Below are positions 39,401-50,015 of a stretch of 64,000 bases of DNA, piece after piece (the first letter of the stretch is position 1; every line of letters starts with the position of its first letter). Location of the stretch: assembly GCA_002633005.1 (NCBI GenBank), contig NMRA01000126.1, forward strand, positions 667,883 to 731,882, read 5' to 3'. The translations under genes were made by a program, and so were the position numbers. This DNA is from Phoronis australis. Taxonomy: Eukaryota; Animalia; Phoronida. Under the pieces are notes generated by a model. The model searched no databases. It was not told the origin of the DNA and worked only from the letters and a program-made list of their open reading frames with translations.

Positions 39401-42400
39401 TCACATGTAATTTTGTGACTGACGTATTTTTCCATGCACGGCACATATTCAGTGTCAAGCGAGCAAACTCGAATCATCCGATTATTAAAATCCACACAAC
39501 TTCCAAGTATTGAGGGTTTTATTTCATCCAAAATTAATAGCTGAATAAAAGAGCATAAGTTTCACGATTTTTTGCTTGTGAAATTTGCACTGCACTGTTC
39601 CCACGCATCAATAAGTCATTCAGCCAGGGCATACAAAGCCTCACGGAACTTTTTTGACAGGATGTTTTTCAAACGTTCGAGTTGCAAAATTCAAACTACA
39701 AACAAAATGAAAGAGTTACAATTTTGGCGGATACTTTTTCAACAAGAATTTTTTCCTCTTTCAAGTTGCATACATAGCTACTCAAATATACGTGTCCATA
39801 AGAAAGTGCTGATTCAGCTTTTGCATTGGCAAGCAACCTAGAGGCAAATTCTTTTAACTTCAGGTCTGTGGACTGCCACTTCAGAGGTGATGCATGGCCA
39901 GGATGACCGTTTGGCTCAGGTTAAGCGCCTATGTTTGGGAAGTGTCCATCCCCAATTTATTGAAATTTCTGATTTAAGCACCCATCTCTACTGAGTCTAA
40001 GTTAAGTGCCCATCCCTTATTTCCATTCTCACCAATTTAAGTGCCCAGGCATTAACCCGAATGTTTACGGTAAGTAAATCTCTTTGAAGGCAAATTACTG
40101 GTATTTTCCATATCTGATTTCCATTCAAATGGCCACAGTTTACCAGAAACATGCATAACACATGTGTGAGCTGTCATAAATTCAAAAGCAGGCCTTACCC
40201 GATCAACGCCAAGTTCAACAAATGGGTCGTATTCAGTGAAATCAATTTCCACTTGAGATACTTTGTACAGAAGAAAGACGAAGAAGACCCATCCTATGCC
40301 AAACACAATCTTTCTGAAAGTTTCAAAAACAAAGCAATTAATGAACAGTTGGTACAATTATAAATTAAACCAGACGTCCTCAGAAATTATGACAAGTGAG
40401 ATGGTTTAATTTGCAATTTAAGGATTGATTTGGATTTACTTGGTTGACAATCTTTCCTTAAACATGCTTTGCTACAAACCTCCCTTATATACACCATTAT
40501 TGCCAATTTCTAAAGTTAAGCTCTCAGAATCCTGGCGCTTGATAACGTTCAAAGCCCAGAACATGCTAGTCTACACTTGTCACACAACTACAACAGTAGA
40601 CTTACAGCAGTAACTTCTTCTGTTTGGTCCACGGTGAGTCAGCTGACAGCAACTGCTTCTTAGCATTACATGGGTCACAGTGGCACTGGCGGTTCACCTG
40701 CTCCTCATTGTCTGCAATAACCAATAAGTTTATGTAATGGAGTGAGTAACAAGTTCATCATCTATTACACTACAAAACACTGTATTTTGGTTGCCACGCA
40801 ACTGAGATTGCCACAGCACTATTTGGGTTCAAATCAAGTAACTAATAGTCATTGCATATCGAGTTGTCACAAACGAGATATTGTTGATAGGTACCAAACA
40901 CCATTCAAAACAGATCGATATAGGTATACAAGACCACGCAACACATGATGATAGGATATGACCACCATTGTTAGTTTATATTTAACCAAAATTATGAGAC
41001 CAAATTTATAAGACAAAAAGGTACAATTTAATTTTCATTTCTAACCAGCTGAACAGGGCGAACAGTAGCTTGGCCAACTAGCACAAGAAATCAGTGTCGG
41101 CAATCACACCTCATTCTGCCCTGTCACAGCGGTGTAACAAGCATTTCATTTAGATTCTAACAAAATGGCAATGTTGGCCAATAAATACTTATCTACAGAC
41201 TTGTTAATGCAGAACAGCCGATCAATTTTTCACAAATGTGTGAGACCAGACAACAAAGTCAATGGCAGCCATAGGGGTCTAGCTTACAGTGACCCCATTC
41301 CGTAGACTTTTGCTAGAAAGGGTACTGTAATGTCATCAGGTGACTCACTTATAATGCATGGCAATATCTTGCAATGTTTTGTGCCATCTTGTGTTTTCAC
41401 CAAGTTTTCATCCAATGGAAGGATAAAAATGATGGGAGCTCAGACTTTGGCCAACGTCACTTTCATCAAAATCCCACTCCCTTCACCATCCAAAGTTTTG
41501 CCATTGATGCAACTATTATTAGGAGCCAACAGCCCTCCAGCTACGTATTTTCTACACTGATGTGTATAGCAAAAATACGAAAGTGTCGAGAGCAAGCAAT
41601 CTTGGCAGTCAAAGTGTGTTTCATTACTGAAGGACGAACATGGTTGATAACAAATTATGGTTGTCTGGGTATTTGTTCGAGTTGAACAGAATTGAAAGAC
41701 ATCTATGACCTCCAAAATTGTTCATCTATGCACAAAAGGTATACTTAAAGTGCTCTTAATTACAATAAAACCATGTGCAGAACAAAATTCCACAACAACT
41801 GCTTCAACACGCACATTCACCATGGAACTAATATAAAGGCTTTAATCGCTTGTCAACAGGTGGCTGACTGGTTGCGACGCCAACTTTTGAAGTGAGATGT
41901 TCCAGGTTCAAGACTCGGTGACTACAACGTGATTTTTCAATAAAGATGCGTGGAACTTTGAAGCGATGTAACTTTGACAATTTACTAGTTATAGTACGAA
42001 TGTGGCATAACTTGAAGAAAAGCTTCCGCAGAAGACTATTGCCCAACTGACTCAGCTCACAGTTTCAGGGGCGACGCAGCATTGAAAAAAGTGAGGGGCT
42101 AAATTCCGTCAGCCCCCCTGTGGTGCACCGCCTATACACGGCCTAGCACTGAAAAAAATGGGGGGCTATAGCCCCCCCCCTAGCCCCTTATGCCTATGGT
42201 GCGCCGCCCACGAGTTCATTTGGTTTCGTATATTATGTGCGATCAATGTTGTTTAAAGAAGTAATAATCACATGATAGAAGTGTCCTGAGATACTCATTA
42301 TTACTTGCCAACATGCTCAAAGCTATATAGTCTCATCTTAGTGACTTAGTCTGTCTTAGTGAAGTTAGTCACATGTCCAACAGCAGTTGAAATTCCGACA

Positions 42401-42763
42401 GTATTTCGGGAACTCATGGTAGCCTCAATTCAACCACAATCATTAATTTGAAGCACCAACCGGAGCCAAACTAGAGTGCACCTGAATAATCAGGCGCAAC
42501 AGCTCCACTGGCACGGACATTGGCACTGGTACACTGGCACTGACACTACTGGAGACGAGTGAGTGTTGCTGGCGGAGAGCAGTTCCAGATTTCCCAATGT
42601 AGATACAAAATAAAGAGACGCAGCAACTTGAAAACAAACCTTTGAACTCAGATCGCGGCCAGAAGAAATATGTCAAAGGGAATAAGATAAGGGCATAGAA
42701 AGAAAGGAAGAAATAATAAAAAGTTCCTCCTTTCTCATCATACTCGAACTCCATGCCAGCCAT
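6254..42763 (-). CDS. SEC63: SEC63 ER translocon J-domain protein, whole gene span (17 coding exons, ~767 aa)
   Basis: All introns are GT-AG with consistent phases; exon lengths sum to 2304 nt. N-terminus [20 protein letters not shown] segments, J domain with HPD, Sec63/Brl domain, acidic C-terminus. Confidence 0.97.
6997..7101 (-). CDS. SEC63: SEC63 exon 16
   Basis: [35 protein letters not shown]|gtgagc. Confidence 0.94.
7120..7652 (-). mobile_element. HINE copy (diverged, short)
   Basis: cactaggaggc unit; gacggctatatgcaccca..ggtgcataaaaa end. Confidence 0.55.
8061..8159 (-). CDS. SEC63: SEC63 exon 15
   Basis: [33 protein letters not shown]|gtgagc. Confidence 0.94.
9429..9686 (-). CDS. 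SEC63: SEC63 exon 14 (acidic)
   Basis: [44 protein letters not shown]|gtaagt. Confidence 0.93.
11129..11287 (-). CDS. SEC63: SEC63 exon 13 (Lys-rich)
   Basis: [39 protein letters not shown]|gtgagt; phase 0-0. Confidence 0.88.
11418..11546. repeat. Compound (CA)n/(CG)n/(GA)n microsatellite
   Basis: Seen directly. Confidence 0.95.
12325..13600 (-). mobile_element. HINE remnant
   Basis: gcaattgaaatgtgcccaca start; gccactaggggagcgccac and aaatttcat units; boundaries approximate. Confidence 0.55.
14258..15040 (+). mobile_element. 5'-truncated, degenerate non-LTR retrotransposon (LINE) ORF2 C-terminus and 3' end (RTE-X-like; clade uncertain)
   Basis: Frameshifted motifs [46 protein letters not shown] typical of a LINE post-RT CCHC region; ends aataacaacaaa. 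Confidence 0.75.
15280..17018 (-). mobile_element. HINE remnant cluster
   Basis: Diverged ttgccactaggg / tggccactaggtggcgc units; boundaries approximate. Confidence 0.5.
15359..15415. repeat. (AC)n microsatellite
   Basis: About 28 perfect units. Confidence 0.97.
17019..18792 (-). mobile_element. HINE copy interrupted by a Harbinger MITE
   Basis: acaagagcgaaacgcagagcattgaaatgcgccca start; tatgggcgcata end; CCACTAG units. Confidence 0.72.
17336..17844. mobile_element. PIF/Harbinger-type (Tourist-like) MITE, 509 bp
   Basis: TIRs AGGCCCTTTCATA / TATGAAAGGCCCT; TAA TSD (17333-17335 and 17845-17847); internal repeat ggaccggagttaagcgttcatactg x2; removing it restores HINE sequence (aagggcttaagagatacagc). 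Confidence 0.85.
19150..19880 (+). mobile_element. HINE remnant in the opposite orientation to the other copies
   Basis: Reverse-complement units (cacctcctactgg, gtatcttcagagttctttgatgg, gattttcatgaaattt). Confidence 0.55.
20451..21764 (+). CDS. Ankyrin repeat and SOCS box (ASB-like) protein, single-exon CDS nested antisense in SEC63 intron 12
   Basis: Uninterrupted 437-aa ORF; ankyrin motifs [45 protein letters not shown]; C-terminal SOCS box [24 protein letters not shown]; pyrimidine-rich acceptor (ccttgcAG, 20442-20443) 7 nt before the ATG. Confidence 0.9.
   Translation: MTSVRNSSEDWEGDIFAACLNDDVNRVSQWMENNDVNVSDESGDSLLHWNLQNSKGSYNVSHLLINRGVAKNTVNKRGQSVLHYACQYVSDMHLINTILKDVTTDLVCQDQDGNTPLHLACRTVNYYAFMPIFLHTTYRDKGNSKRAVDVKNKYGRTCLDELLTQLTEPSKLSVPWHATLEITNKLCEHKADGDWKYFKETFTAVDELILVCITKSFTSILERLLEHFVSANHKVGGVDILHYSIYACQDDCIQTILNYGANVDRHVTLLEDLQSICYDYKSTSFGLKLVSTLNTLIQNGVLITCPSSLSTILATLEKQQVSPFSINSVLDTYIVNAPRVKGDYIAMLQDKDLSNKLTGTYGPELLASIRDRFTVCQAPALQDLCRCNIRDAVLTARKYNWRRAIDQLTLPKAIKQYLWFGRLVNTNSLLMAQCHFI
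23158..25750. mobile_element. Non-autonomous DNA transposon, 2.6 kb, 5-bp TSD (hAT5-like)
   Basis: Termini CAGGGCTCAAC / GTCGAGCCCTA; TSD TAGCA (23153-23157 and 25751-25755); clustered subterminal GGTCGCA/TGCGACC repeats at both ends; no transposase ORF seen. Confidence 0.78.
24579..24716. mobile_element. Small MITE nested in the 23158-25750 element
   Basis: TIRs CAGTGGCAGATCTA / TAGATCTGCCTCTG; flanks CATGT / CATCT; G-rich interior with N at 24694. Confidence 0.7.
26449..27264 (-). mobile_element. HINE copy (diverged)
   Basis: acaag start, aagcgcataaaaa end, internal gccactagg units. Confidence 0.62.
27442..27632 (-). CDS. SEC63: SEC63 exon 12
   Basis: (V)[34 protein letters not shown]|gtatga. 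Confidence 0.92.
28582..28729 (-). CDS. SEC63: SEC63 exon 11
   Basis: [49 protein letters not shown]|gtaagg. Confidence 0.92.
29412..29557 (-). CDS. SEC63: SEC63 exon 10
   Basis: (V)[48 protein letters not shown]|gtaagt. Confidence 0.93.
30023..30115 (-). CDS. SEC63: SEC63 exon 9
   Basis: (D)[30 protein letters not shown]|gtaagg. Confidence 0.9.
32443..32580. mobile_element. ~135-bp MITE, same family as 1352-1481
   Basis: GTTCAGTA..TACTGAAC ends; shared gagattac..gagatattgc..tgtattt core in inverted orientation. Confidence 0.6.
33235..33370 (-). CDS. SEC63: SEC63 exon 8
   Basis: [45 protein letters not shown]|gtaggg. Confidence 0.93.
33375..33562. repeat. Imperfect ~55-65-bp tandem repeat abutting the SEC63 exon 8 acceptor
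   Basis: agacaaa(t/c)aca(a/g)tct..taga(c/t)atggtaaga..cat..agacaa repeated about 3 times. Confidence 0.6.
33839..35493 (-). mobile_element. HINE copy (diverged, long array)
   Basis: caatgcagagcattgaaatgcgcc start; atgcatccacat..gtgggcgcataaaaa end; about 8-9 CCACTAG-type units. Confidence 0.72.
35762..35856 (-). CDS. SEC63: SEC63 exon 7
   Basis: (R)[31 protein letters not shown]|gtttgt. Confidence 0.92.
35860..36250. repeat. 60-bp minisatellite (~6 copies) abutting the SEC63 exon 7 acceptor
   Basis: Unit gattagtgaatacaggagtcgtgtcattggtaaagatatttgaacatgcgtaatgcacat repeated at a 60-nt period. Confidence 0.92.
36742..36850 (-). CDS. SEC63: SEC63 exon 6
   Basis: [36 protein letters not shown]|gtgagt. 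Confidence 0.93.
37097..37268 (-). CDS. SEC63: SEC63 exon 5 (end of J domain, TM3)
   Basis: [57 protein letters not shown]|gtgagt. Confidence 0.95.
38579..38694 (-). CDS. SEC63: SEC63 exon 4 (J domain, HPD)
   Basis: [39 protein letters not shown]|gtgagt. Confidence 0.95.
40199..40313 (-). CDS. SEC63: SEC63 exon 3 (TM2, start of J domain)
   Basis: [38 protein letters not shown]|gtaagg. Confidence 0.93.
40606..40711 (-). CDS. SEC63: SEC63 exon 2
   Basis: cag|..(D)[34 protein letters not shown]|gtaagt; phase 1->2 fits its neighbours. Confidence 0.85.
42066..42212. mobile_element. Small composite MITE in SEC63 intron 1
   Basis: CAGGGGCGACGCA..TGCGCCGCCCACG; flanks AGTTT / AGTTC; internally duplicated gca(t/c)tgaaaaaa..ggggcta. 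Confidence 0.55.
42640..42763 (-). CDS. SEC63: SEC63 exon 1 (start, TM1)
   Basis: [41 protein letters not shown], then GT donor (gtttgt); 124 nt. Confidence 0.93.
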
Positions 42764-43150
42764 GTTGATTGATACGTCAGCGCTGACGCTCAAATGTGAA
42801 ATCGAGGCCGGGGGAAACACGCTCCTGTTATTTTTAGCCTGGGATTCACCGCTAGGTTCCGCGGCGACGGAGGCCTAAGACCAACGGGTGGTCGAGCGGA
42901 GACGTAGCATTTCATGTGATTCAGGAAATTTGACCTGAGATTACCTATACCTTCTTATATATCTCTGACTTGACCAATAACTATTTAATTGTCTATGTTA
43001 CACTAGCAGTCCTTTATTCGTCACGGCGGGTCGTCGAGTGGAATTGACGGGCGACGGACTCTTGGACTCGTTCAGGTGGTCGATCCAGTCCAGAAATGTC
43101 ATTGGCTGAGGGGTTGTTTATCATGCGCGCCCAGTGTAAAAATGGGGGTT
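42764..43150 (-). promoter_or_regulatory. SEC63 5' UTR / core promoter (CpG-enriched)
   Basis: Local CpG and GC enrichment directly upstream of the ATG, against a CpG-poor background. Confidence 0.55.
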
Positions 43151-44131
43151 CGAATTTTTGAGAATGTGGACCTTTTATTATACTGACGGGGTATCATTTC
43201 AGACTAGAGCTATGAATTGTGCATTAGCGGCGAAATTTTTGGTACCGGTACTTAATTCCCTCATTTTTAGTGGTCTTTTGTCTCGTTTTCTATTTTTTCG
43301 AACTTTTTGTTTGTCTGCAGCGGACCTTTTTGCCCACTTCGTTCGAGCCTCCCCCGGGTGACCGGAGCGCATGTTTATAATGTTACAAAATAACAACTGC
43401 GTCGCTTTCTCATGTCGAGGTCTAAATTTTACGTCTTGAAGTCCTAAAAAACAGATAATCTTAACAAACAACCACGTCTATCCCACGTCACGCTTGCTAA
43501 ATGCCTTCCTAAGTACTGGTCTTCAATTCAAATACTATCCTTGGGATTTTTCAGATGAAGATAACTTTGGATCATGACATCATCGGGTCACATTACCAAT
43601 CTCAAACAAACACAGTAATTGCGAATAATATGCGGCAGCAGGTCTTCAATATCAAGTTTGCCAAATTACTTCTTTCTATTCTGTTCAATGCTATTGTAGG
43701 GTTTTTAATCCAGTCTCACATTCTTGGTTGCTTGAGACGCGTAGTACTTTTATCGGGCCATTCGGGAAATCTGCCTACTTTCTCGCGAAAATAATTAACA
43801 CACTAGTGTTGTCCTTTTAAATTAATCTCTCTCTTCAATGCAGATTCTGTAGCGTACACTCAGTGTTTTTTCTTTGGTAGTTGGGTGCTGAGCTACCGGC
43901 GAAGTATTCCCCCCTTTCCACCCCGCCTGATACGTCTGTGTTAACAAAACTTTAATAATTTATTTAAATTTCGAACAGTCATCTATACATTTTTTTCAAA
44001 AATCAGGAGACCTTACATTGTCATCTGAAACAGATTTTTGTCAGTTTCCTACGGCGCCCAGTTGTCAAACATGACGTCATCGTCTGCATTTTCTTCCGCA
44101 GTGGTTGAAAAAATAATACAGAATGCCATCA

Positions 44132-44175
44132 TTGTTACTGTTGTTGTTGTTGTTGTTGTTGGTGTTGTTGTTGTT
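44132..44175. repeat. (TTG)n microsatellite
   Basis: Seen directly; poly-Asn in the minus-strand ORF 44077-44451. Confidence 0.9.
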
Positions 44176-44574
44176 TTCGCTATTGGCCCCAACATAGTTT
44201 ATATCGTAATTCCTATTATTTGCTTCATCCTTCTTGTCTCGCACAGTCGGCTGGTTGTTTTCTTCAGAATCACCTCTATTAACAACATCAAAGATTGTTC
44301 TCTGTGAGGCACAATCAGTCCTGCGTGTTATTTGTGAATGCTTGCTCCTGTAACAGTCAACTTGTAGTTTTAAAAACTTCGAATGACATGAGTCATCTAG
44401 CATGGAATTTACACTGTGCGATGACTGAGTAATTGTTGATTCAAAACTCATTGTTTTAAATCAGGAAAATGGTGTATGTAAACTGTTTTCCTAAAAAGTT
44501 CTGATCTTAAATGTATATTATATTACGCCGACGTTGGGTAAGACATTGATTCGGATCTCTAACTGAATATCCTA

Positions 44575-44799
44575 CAGTGGCGGATCTAGGATAACATAAG
44601 GGCGGCCCCAACATGTTGGCTTAGGAAATTGGTCAAAGCGCGATTGGTATGCAAAAAAAACGGGAACAGGATCTGCGGTGTCTTGGGAGCCCCACCCCAA
44701 CCCCCCCCCCCAANNNNNNNNNNNNNNNNNNNNNNNNNNNNNNNNNNNNNNNNNNNNNNNNNNNNNNNNNCCCCCAAAAAAAAAAATATTCCGCCTATG
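44575..44799. mobile_element. Small MITE with 5-bp TSD
   Basis: CAGTGGCGGA..TCCGCCTATG; TSD TCCTA on both sides; interior poly-C and assembly gap 44714-44770. Confidence 0.68.
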
Positions 44800-47700
44800 T
44801 CCTAGTATGAAGTCTTGCAAATTTCCCACCACGCATCATAAAAAGAATGACAAATCATTTTGTTTCGTGCTAACGATCAGCACGATTTACACCTTGTAAT
44901 TGTTTGCCTATGTTTCGAATGAGCTAGAAATAAGAATTTGTGTCCCAGTGAGACATGATTTTTGAATGAAGTGAAACTCGTTGAAAACTTACTGTTGCTC
45001 TGGCCAGTTGATGGCTAAAATGTGCTTGATATTATCTGCTTGACGAAAAGCTGCAGCTTCAATTTCCTGTACACTGTTGGTAAAAGTCTGTGTAAATAGA
45101 ACATAAGAGTGTCGTAGCCTACTAGGGATGGAGAAATGTTTCTATCTTAAAATTTTCCTAGGAGAAACTGAGAAAATTTGATATCCAAATTAAAAAAATC
45201 TCATTAAGCCTAATCTATGAAGAGTGGGTAATACGTGGGTCGAATAAATTGTGAGAGTGGTTCTACTGAGATCTTGATGAGGTAGGTCTATTCGTGACCA
45301 TCAGGAGAAGGAATGCTTATGAAGATGATGTGAACCAAAGTGAAATTCTTCACGACATTAAGAGAGCGTTTCGCAAGAACGAATTAACAGACCTAATATT
45401 ACCGCATGACTGAACGTTAAATTGAGAAAGTGGCCCGGGCAAAAATTTGCACATGAATCCCGCAGCGGCGGTGCGTCACTATGAGCCTGGTGTGTAGTTA
45501 ATCGGTATCTCACAATACGCACAAGAGCATGATCACCTCGGAGAAAACCCGACAAGCCTGTTGAGTACTACTGGCCAAGTGCCTGCAGCGACGTTTTTCA
45601 TGGGCGGACGTTGATTGAAATATCTGTGTTCTCGATCCATCACTTTTCACTGAAGTTTCAATAGCGCTTTCCATTTTGGAGTTGATATCACAAATGTTCT
45701 GGAAAAAAATTAGATGCTGCTAATGGAAGCTGCAATATGCAACAAGTGACCTTTTTGTTTTGTCACAATTCTTGATGAAACTTGCCCGTAGTAAACTATC
45801 GCGGTCCTATTTTATGGCGGGTCACCGCCCATCTTATATGTTAATCTCTTTTCTTTCTAAAAAAATCACTGTGTAAAATTCAACAAAAACTCTTTGCTTT
45901 TTATTACATTTGAACAGAAATTACAATAAAGACGAATAAAATATAATGTTATGCAAGTTACCGTTGCAAATTTGTAAATGGCTGTCACATTTCTGTTCAG
46001 TTCTTTTCGAGCTTTCAATGGCTCTGCCATTAAAACCGACTTCCTTTTGATAAGATCAACTCGCCCTCTGTCAATACACAACAGATAACAGCTCATAAGT
46101 GCAGCCATACTTGTAGAGCACTTTAACTTGCAATCACGAAACAAACATGATTCTGGGTATTTTCAGTCGAAATAACACAAACCAATATAAAACGTTATGA
46201 ACCAAAGACTAGATAAGTAAAGTCGGAAATTTCCTAAACTTACTTGTAAATCTCGTTGATTCTTTGGTTGAAGACGGCTTGCAAATATTCAAATTGTTGG
46301 TGAATCCGATTTAACTCTTGTTCAAAAACCTTGAAATACGGCGCCAAACAGTCTGTATTTTTACCTTAAACGTAACTATAAATTTGAAGACCATATGTAT
46401 CTTCAAAAGCCTGCTTCAAGTTGATTTTTCGCATTGTAGCGCTTGTTATAAGTCTTTATTTCCCTAAAACTAGAAATTCTTTTAATTCGACTAACGTGAT
46501 TTTTTTGAATGTAGACACATTTTCTTTAAAACACTGAGTTCGCTTAAAGTTGTGAGAGTATCCCAAGACAAGTAAACATGCTTGACATACAGACAGCTTT
46601 TTGCACGCGAGTGTAGGCAATAAGATGCTCAACTGGTCTTACAAATAGCTGTCTGCTTCGTCTTATATGACTGGCGCATGCGCTGCAAATGTTGCTGAAC
46701 AAGTCGGTCCATGTTGAAGAAAAGAATGCCCTGTCTCCTCGTCCATTGCTCACACCACTCGCTGATCCTAACAAAACACAAGAGCCGAAAAATTATTATT
46801 TTTCTTAAAGCGACATTAAATCCGTGCTTTCTGTCAAAACAGTTGTGATCCAGGCCACTTGCCGTCAGGAAACTGGTCTCCACAAATTGTTCCTGATTTC
46901 AGGGCGCCGAAAGAAGTAGCTGAGTTTGTTATTCTCTTCACACCAAAAGTTCCAATTGTCATGCCTTGACCTAGGTCTGAAGAACTTATGAACTGCTAAT
47001 TCTTTCCTAGCCAGGTTACCACTTCTATATTGAGTAAGGAGCAAGATAAAACAATGCACGAATGTAACAGCGCTTTAAAATGCATAAACACCGCAGGGTC
47101 GTTGTTGTCGTGCTCCTGCGCATACCAGCCCAGAATCCCAAACTCACAGCACAAGCCAATTTTGTTATTCTAAGCAATAAACGATTCAAAGCGTTAAACG
47201 GTAAACCCATTAAACTGCTTCTGCGTAACAACTTTGCTCTTCGGCCACATAACTTATACTCAGTTAACTAACTAAGTAACCTGTGTTCCTTTTTCAGTCA
47301 TAGGGTGCATTTCCGAAGCACAATTTGCCTGAGATCATTATTGTATTGTTATAAGTGAATCTAAAATAAAAAAAACCTACTCTTCAACCCGTTTAACGGA
47401 TTTTTCCTTAGCTTTCAGTGTTCTCTTGACTTCACTGAACTCGGGAACAACGACGAAATCACCGCGCTCCTCATCAAAATAGCGGAGTTGAATTGGTGAA
47501 TTCATGTCTATTTTCTGTGTCAGTTGGATCGAGAGTGACGTGTTTAATTGTGACGTGCCAGTAGTTACAATATACCACTGTCCGATTAAGTCAATTTTTG
47601 CAGAAATTTGTAACGAATTTTCATAGAACGTTCTCAGCAACTTATGTGGCTTGGGGGCGTAGCTGGTCGGCGGCTGGTGTCAGCTTGCCTTACAGGTAGA

Positions 47701-48769
47701 AGCAATAAAAGCCTTACATACCAAGGTAGCGCTCCGAACGATCTCAATGAAAAACGGGGCAACACCGAGTAAGAAATGACTGCTGAGCGTGGAACAATCT
47801 CATGATTAAAAACCCTGTGGGGGATGTCGCTTTTGAGCCATAATTTTGGACTAAGCAGCAGTTTTCCGTCCGTTGTAGTGTCAATCAGTTTCATCAGTTA
47901 GTTTTCAAACAGCCGGGCATGCACGTTCTGAGGAGTTTTGTATGACAAGGCGCTTATCTACATGAATTCTGAAGTTCATGAAACGATAAAAGCAAGAGAG
48001 GATTAAAAGTATCCAAGCATCAGTTTTAAAGAAAGGTTAATCCTTTTCGTAGTATTTATTTTCCAAAGAATGCTATGCCATATGTAAGGTGTCTTCTATG
48101 GTTATCCCAACCTAAGGTCTCAAAATGCCCGTGTGGTGCAATTATTAAAAAGCATGTCTCAGCACCACTACCGCAGCTTCAATCACGTTCAGACTGACTA
48201 CAATGTGGACTAGTTCTGCGATTCGAAGGATTGCGTAAAATGGCGATCCACACTGGCAACCTCGAGATGAACTCAGCAAACCAATTGGCGTTAATAACCT
48301 TCAAATGAGAAATGCAGGGATAGACTTTATTGAACACTGATAAAGCCTAGACACCTACAAGAAATCACACGTTTTGGTAAAGCTCAGTGACAGGCAGTTT
48401 TAAAAATATAATTGCCATACACCATTTTGGTAGATGCTTTCAATTGTGCTTGGTTAGTTGATAACGTTTTAGAACATTTATTGTTTTGTAAAACCAATCT
48501 GTGAACAAGAGCAGTGATGGAAGTGTTGTCCTTTTGAGATATATATCTATATTCTTTACTGCTTACCATGGTAACTATTTTTAACATCTCACAATTTTAA
48601 AATGGCTTATTCACTAAGGTATCTTTCTCCTCCCCACCTTAATTAACCTCATAGTTTAAAATAGTGAAGGGATCAGGTGGTTGATGTTTTCAGGTGTATA
48701 AACACTGACCACCCAATTAGCCGAAAAGTTCAAAAACAAAACCATTCTCAGAAATGAAAATCAAGAATA

Positions 48770-48775
48770 TTTATT
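48770..48775 (-). terminator. Candidate ARID2 polyadenylation signal (AATAAA)
   Basis: TTTATT on + about 1.1 kb past the stop, in AT-rich UTR-like sequence; alternative at 48326-48331. Confidence 0.45.
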
Positions 48776-49909
48776 CTTCAAAATTTACTGTTCAATATAT
48801 TGTACAACTAGGTAAATTTACAAACTAAGTATGAAACCATCTAAACACTTGTCCTTACCATAAGCTATGTAGGAAGTCACACACATTGACACGATGCAAA
48901 AATAAGCAAATTTTCATTGTAACTGGAATGACGTCAGATGTAGCAGCATTTCATTTCAAATATCAAACACCAAAACATCAGTGTAAAAAGTATTCTACAT
49001 GACATAATTGTACAGAGTGCACAACAGTAACCCATGTGCATTTAATACGTTGTTGTCTAAACACTAACAGGCGACAATCTTCTCCTTGGGGGCTCAATAA
49101 TTTCACTTTAAATAAATATCATTAAACATAAGACAAATAAATTAACAATACACTTGTGTCTACCAGCTAGGGAAGCAATACTTCAGAGATCACACATCAA
49201 ATGGTCAACTACAAGAATCTAAAACACGGCTCATCATTTCCTTCAGCTCATATTGCATTTACCATCATCCAGCTAAAGCTGAGAAATGCAGAGACGAGCT
49301 TGGCATGACGGATGGATCAACACTCACAGAAAACTAAGTCTTCTACCAGTCACACTTAAAATAAATGCTATCAAATATTTACACCTTGATAGGTTCCAGC
49401 TGACACACCCAATTACCAGAACCACAAGCCCTGTCCTTGTAAACTATTATCTAAGACAGGTCCTACACTATGCCTTAGGCATGCACCACAATACTATCAA
49501 TCATGGAAAAAATGCCTTTCACACTGACCACTTCTGGGTCAATGCTGTAATATTTGACAATAAAATAATCTATCCTTAGGAAAGTGAAATCAATTTTTGT
49601 AGACATGCATTGAATGCCGTTTGCAAATTTAATCTCCATTTAAATCACATGAGTGCAACATGAAATTAAAAACCAAATACAGGTCTTAATGCATTGTGTA
49701 TTTTTAACAACTAATGACATTGTTATACCAATTGAAAATTCCAGACTAAATGTATTAGTTTTTGTAGCTTGCCAACAGTTGCAGGAGAGCGTTCACTGAA
49801 GCCAACTTGGTATTATGACAATGTTGGACAAGATCACACAACGACCTTCCAAGCAGAACACGTCCTCACAAGTTGAGACTTGTCATCTCCCCTCATTGTG
49901 TGATGTATA

Positions 49910-50015
49910 CTAATGGTTGTTGATAATTTCCCACAAACAGTTGCTAATGGCTGCTGATGACTCCACGGCACTCATGGCTATGTAGGCTAGCAAGTGCTCG
50001 TGTTTCTTTATAATC
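49910..50015 (-). CDS. ARID2: ARID2 terminal exon
   Basis: [34 protein letters not shown] (TAG 49912-49910). Confidence 0.92.

Larger units (their letters stand above)
43500..47900 (-). pseudogene. Decayed multi-exon coding sequence of unknown family (pseudogene or intron-containing transposon gene)
   Basis: Minus-strand segments with splice signals (44993-45087 cag|TFTNSVQEIEAAAFRQADNIKHILAINWPEQ|gtaagt; donor after 46244; acceptors before 46767 and 45698) and protein-like reading broken by stops and frameshifts. Confidence 0.45.
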
